Below, one piece after another: positions 60,828-64,000 of a DNA stretch of 64,000 nt. The position numbers were made by a program, and so were the translations under genes. The DNA is from Hemiscyllium ocellatum (Eukaryota). A model generated the notes under the pieces. The model did not search any database and was not told where the DNA came from. It was given only the letters and a program-made list of their open reading frames with translations. How positions within the stretch are numbered: position 1 is the first letter of the stretch; every line of letters starts with the position of its first letter. The DNA is taken from contig NC_083435.1 in assembly GCF_020745735.1 (NCBI RefSeq), forward strand, positions 24,117,231 through 24,181,230. The letters are read 5' to 3'.

Positions 60828-61471
60828 TGTGATGATGCTGTCACTTTAAAAGGCTGTTGGTGTCCTAGTTTTTGTTTTGAAGAGAGGTTGTAAGGTAGAG
60901 ACACCAAACTCCCTGCTGATGATGACTGAGGTAAACCAGTTGTGAGGCCTTGGGGTTTTTTTAAGCTGGAACAGTAGAAGCAGCCTGTATGGGCGTGGCC
61001 AGCTCTCACAGATCCAGATTTCTCAGTTTGGGTTTTTTCAGTTACATCAGAAGCTTTTGGGGTCTCAAAAGAGTTGTCAGCTTCAGTGAGTATCACCTGG
61101 CTACTACTGTCTGCATTTTCTTCTTGATATTATTTCCTCCAGGAGTGGAGAACTGTATGTTAGAATCTGTGTCTGAATTTACCTTTTTGCCAAGGTGTTT
61201 ATGGGATGTAACAATTGGAACAGTTAATGAATAATAGGAACTGTATTCGGTTATATTTTCAATTATTAAGTTATTCAAAATTCCTTTTGCTTTTGTTTTT
61301 ATTTTAATGACAGCGTTTAAATAAATTGTGTTTTGCTTAACGTCGAGTTGTTTGACCACTTGCATTGTATCTGGAACACAGCATTTCCCATCTAGCTTTA
61401 AAATAAAAAGCAGTTCAGATATGGGTTACCTTCTTCAAATATTTTGAGGGGGCCTGGTCTGGTCCCTAACA
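60828..61471 (+). mobile_element. Solo LTR (TG...CA, 644 bp)
   Basis: Starts TGTGATGA, ends CCCTAACA, and has a homolog at 31241-31892. Confidence 0.78.
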
Positions 61472-62247
61472 CCAGAGAACTAGAAAAACGACCATCGCTA
61501 AACGTACTGCTGATCCTTCCATTCACACACTGACGAGGATATCTGGTCAATGTGGGAAAGTTGGACTGAACATACGCACTTGTTGTGTGACTCTAACTCT
61601 TTGACTCCATCCCCTCAAACCCATGACCTGACATTCTGCAACCAACACTTGACCTCTCCCCAGCACCAACACCAGCTCACTGCCTCCAGACGTCTATCAG
61701 ACTCGCAGTGTATCACCCTGGACAGACAACTGAGGCACAACACAGACCTCCACAACTGGATGCCTAACAAGGCCCCCTCACCAGCCCACTGTGGCACCCA
61801 AACACACACCATTCCATTGGTACTCAACATTCCCAACACTCGCCAGTAAGTTCCCAAACTGCCCCTTGCCCAACCACTGAGGAAGTGCCTTTCTGGGACA
61901 CCTAACTACACCCCTCCAACCATTCACTCACTCTTTCACCTCAACCAAGGCCGATCTACCCCACCAGCACGAGTAAGGACAGGACACAGAGATATCGGGG
62001 AGAATGGGAACTGAACTATCTGGGGAGGTAACCCCCAGGACAGGTACAACACGATGTTTATACCCCTATCAATGGGATCCTTGGTGACTTCACTGGAGAG
62101 TGAAATCAGGTGACGGTCAAACCAGCATTTCAACCAATCCCAACAATTCCCAACAGCCCGGAGCAGTTGAAATTGTTCCAATCAACACAGAGCTAGAAAT
62201 AAATCCAGGGACAGAGAGAATCCTGATATATTTCCAATGTGTTTCAG

Positions 62248-62367
62248 AAAATCCGAAAAACAATTGGCTGCATTCCCATCTTGCAAGTCTCATTGCATCA
62301 ATGGTCATTCTGTTGGTTGTTATTGTCGGGATAGTCGGTATAATCATCTGGAAAAGATCACAGAGAG
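62248..62367 (+). CDS. MHC class I-like gene B exon 5 (connecting peptide/transmembrane)
   Basis: ENPKNNWLHSHLASLIASMVILLVVIVGIVGIIIWKRSQR, AG/GT bounded. Confidence 0.92.
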
Positions 62368-63084
62368 GTAAGAATCAGAGAGAGAGGAATGTGGAACTGA
62401 GGGGACAGAGTGAGTGTGGGGGAATTTCCAGTACTGGGAGTACAGGGCACTGTGGGGAATGGAACTGATGAATTCCCACACACAGATACACACGTATAAA
62501 CACATCTCGTTCACTGTCTGATGTTCCTTTATGTGATTGGTCTGGACCAGGTCTAATATTGATCATGAAACCCACTGCACCCAGTCAGATCCTCACTGAC
62601 TGAATATTAATGGAATGGAAGGGGTTTTCTGCATCTCCATAAAGTGTAAGGATAGACGGGAGTGTGGGAATGAGGATTTCTGACACAATCCCTGTAAAAC
62701 CTTCCTTCCTGCCTTGTGTGGGCACCATCTCCTTGATAAATTGTGAAGATCTCTCTCCCTTAATTAGTTTGTGCAGTTTTGGATGACTTATTACTTTGGT
62801 TTGACCCTTGGCGTGTGACTCTGATACCGATCATGTTATTCCAGGCATTTGGGTTGTCTCCATCACCACCGTATTTTTAATGTTTTGGAATGATCTCTCT
62901 GCTTCATGTAATGGGATTCTTGGTCATCCCTTCTCTTGTTATCCAGCTGTTGACACTTTCCTCCCACCGTCTGACACTTGTGATCACCTGCAGAGACTCC
63001 ATTCACCCCATTTGGATGATCTTTTGATCTCTCTGCCCATTGATCTCCCTGCTGATCAATTCGGTGTCTGTGTGCTTCTCTCTC

Positions 63085-63210
63085 ACTTCACCTGAGGAAG
63101 GGGCTACGCTCAGAAAGCTTGTGATTTCAAACAAACCTGTTGGACTGTAACCTGGGGCCGTGTGTGATTTCTGACTGTGTTCACCCGAGTCCAATACCAA
63201 CACCCCCCTC
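63085..63210 (+). mobile_element. Penelope terminal repeat with degenerate hammerhead (63089-63123)
   Basis: CACCTGAGGAAGGGGCTACGCTCAGAAAGCTTGTG...AAACCTGTTGGACT. Confidence 0.65.
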
Positions 63211-63298
63211 AAACTCCATCCCCTCACACTTGTTGTGTTCACAGTCTCTGAGAATGGATTATTCCCCATCCTAATGGGCATTTATTTTGTTTCTGCAG

Positions 63299-63331
63299 GT
63301 TCACCAAATGGGACCTACACAACTGCTCCCA
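63299..63331 (+). CDS. MHC class I-like gene B exon 6 (cytoplasmic, GSPNGTYTTAP)
   Basis: 33-nt paralog of 33261-33293. The final exon is expected just beyond the window. Confidence 0.87.
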
Positions 63332-63390
63332 GTAAGTGACTGAGAGGACAAAGTGTTGGGAAAGATGGATAAGGTAATGGGAGGTGTAGA

Positions 63391-63716
63391 GTAGATTCCC
63401 TACAGCGTGGAAACAGGCCCTTCAGCCCAACAAGTCCACACAGACCCTCCAAAGAGTAACCCACCCAGACCCATTCCCCTACCCTATATTTACCCCTGAC
63501 TAACACACCTAACACTATGGGCAATGTAACGTGGCCAATTCACCTGACCTGCACACCTTTGGACTGTGGGAGGAAACTGGAGCACCCGGAGGAAACCCAC
63601 ACAGACACAGGGAGAATGTGCAAACTCCACACAGACAGATACCCGAGGTGGGAATTGTACCCGGGTCCCTGGTGCTGTGAGGCAACAGTGCTAACCACTG
63701 AGCCACCGTGCTGCCC
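63391..63716 (-). mobile_element. HE1-type SINE
   Basis: tRNA-derived head on the minus strand, GTGTAGAGT repeated on both sides, absent from the equivalent intron of gene A. Confidence 0.9.
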
Positions 63717-64000
63717 CTAACAGAGTGTAGAGTTATATTTGCCAGGGTGTTGCTCAAGGTGACGGATCTGTCTCCTCACAATGCTGTTTCTCTTTCGTCC
63801 TGTTCTCTACTCCATGTCCCCAGTGTCTCTCCTTCGAATTGTCACCCTCCATTCTCTTCCCCCACTGCCCCTCCCTCCACTCACTCACCCTTAATTCCCA
63901 CTGGGGGGGGGCTCGGAGAGTCTGGTTAGTTAATGCTGAGGGTGATTAAATCTTGGGTCCAGTGAGTGATAGAGAATATCTCACACTGTCTCATTTTATA

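Noticed and set aside
14873-63331. Classical MHC class I (UAA) assignment
   Set aside because: Loss of the alpha2 disulfide, substituted anchor residues and tandem divergent paralogs argue for non-classical genes. No gene symbol is given without a phylogeny.

Overview
Vertebrate genomic DNA from a cartilaginous fish. The HE1-type SINEs, CR1, Penelope and Tx1 content and the class I sequences suggest a shark, plausibly a bamboo shark (inference). The backbone is two tandem + strand non-classical MHC class I-like genes. Gene A spans 14873-33711 in 7 exons (leader, alpha1, alpha2, alpha3, TM, two cytoplasmic) and crosses a 129-N assembly gap. Gene B spans 40508 to beyond 63331, with its last exon off-window. 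Both alpha2 domains lack the canonical C101-C164 disulfide. The rest is mostly retroelement debris: Tx1, L1, CR1, Rex1/Babar, Penelope with hammerhead ribozyme motifs, Gypsy/LTR, HE1 SINEs and minisatellites. The most unusual signal is at 4569-7252: variant U1 snRNA sequences are split at nearly the same position by two related Tx1-derived inserts, the longer carrying ORF1 and a Tx1-type 3' tail but no ORF2, i.e. a candidate U1-targeting non-autonomous retrotransposon. A second, unrelated ORF1-only L1 element with a clear target-site duplication sits in intron 1 of gene B. Most ORFs in the supplied track are repeat or antisense artefacts.
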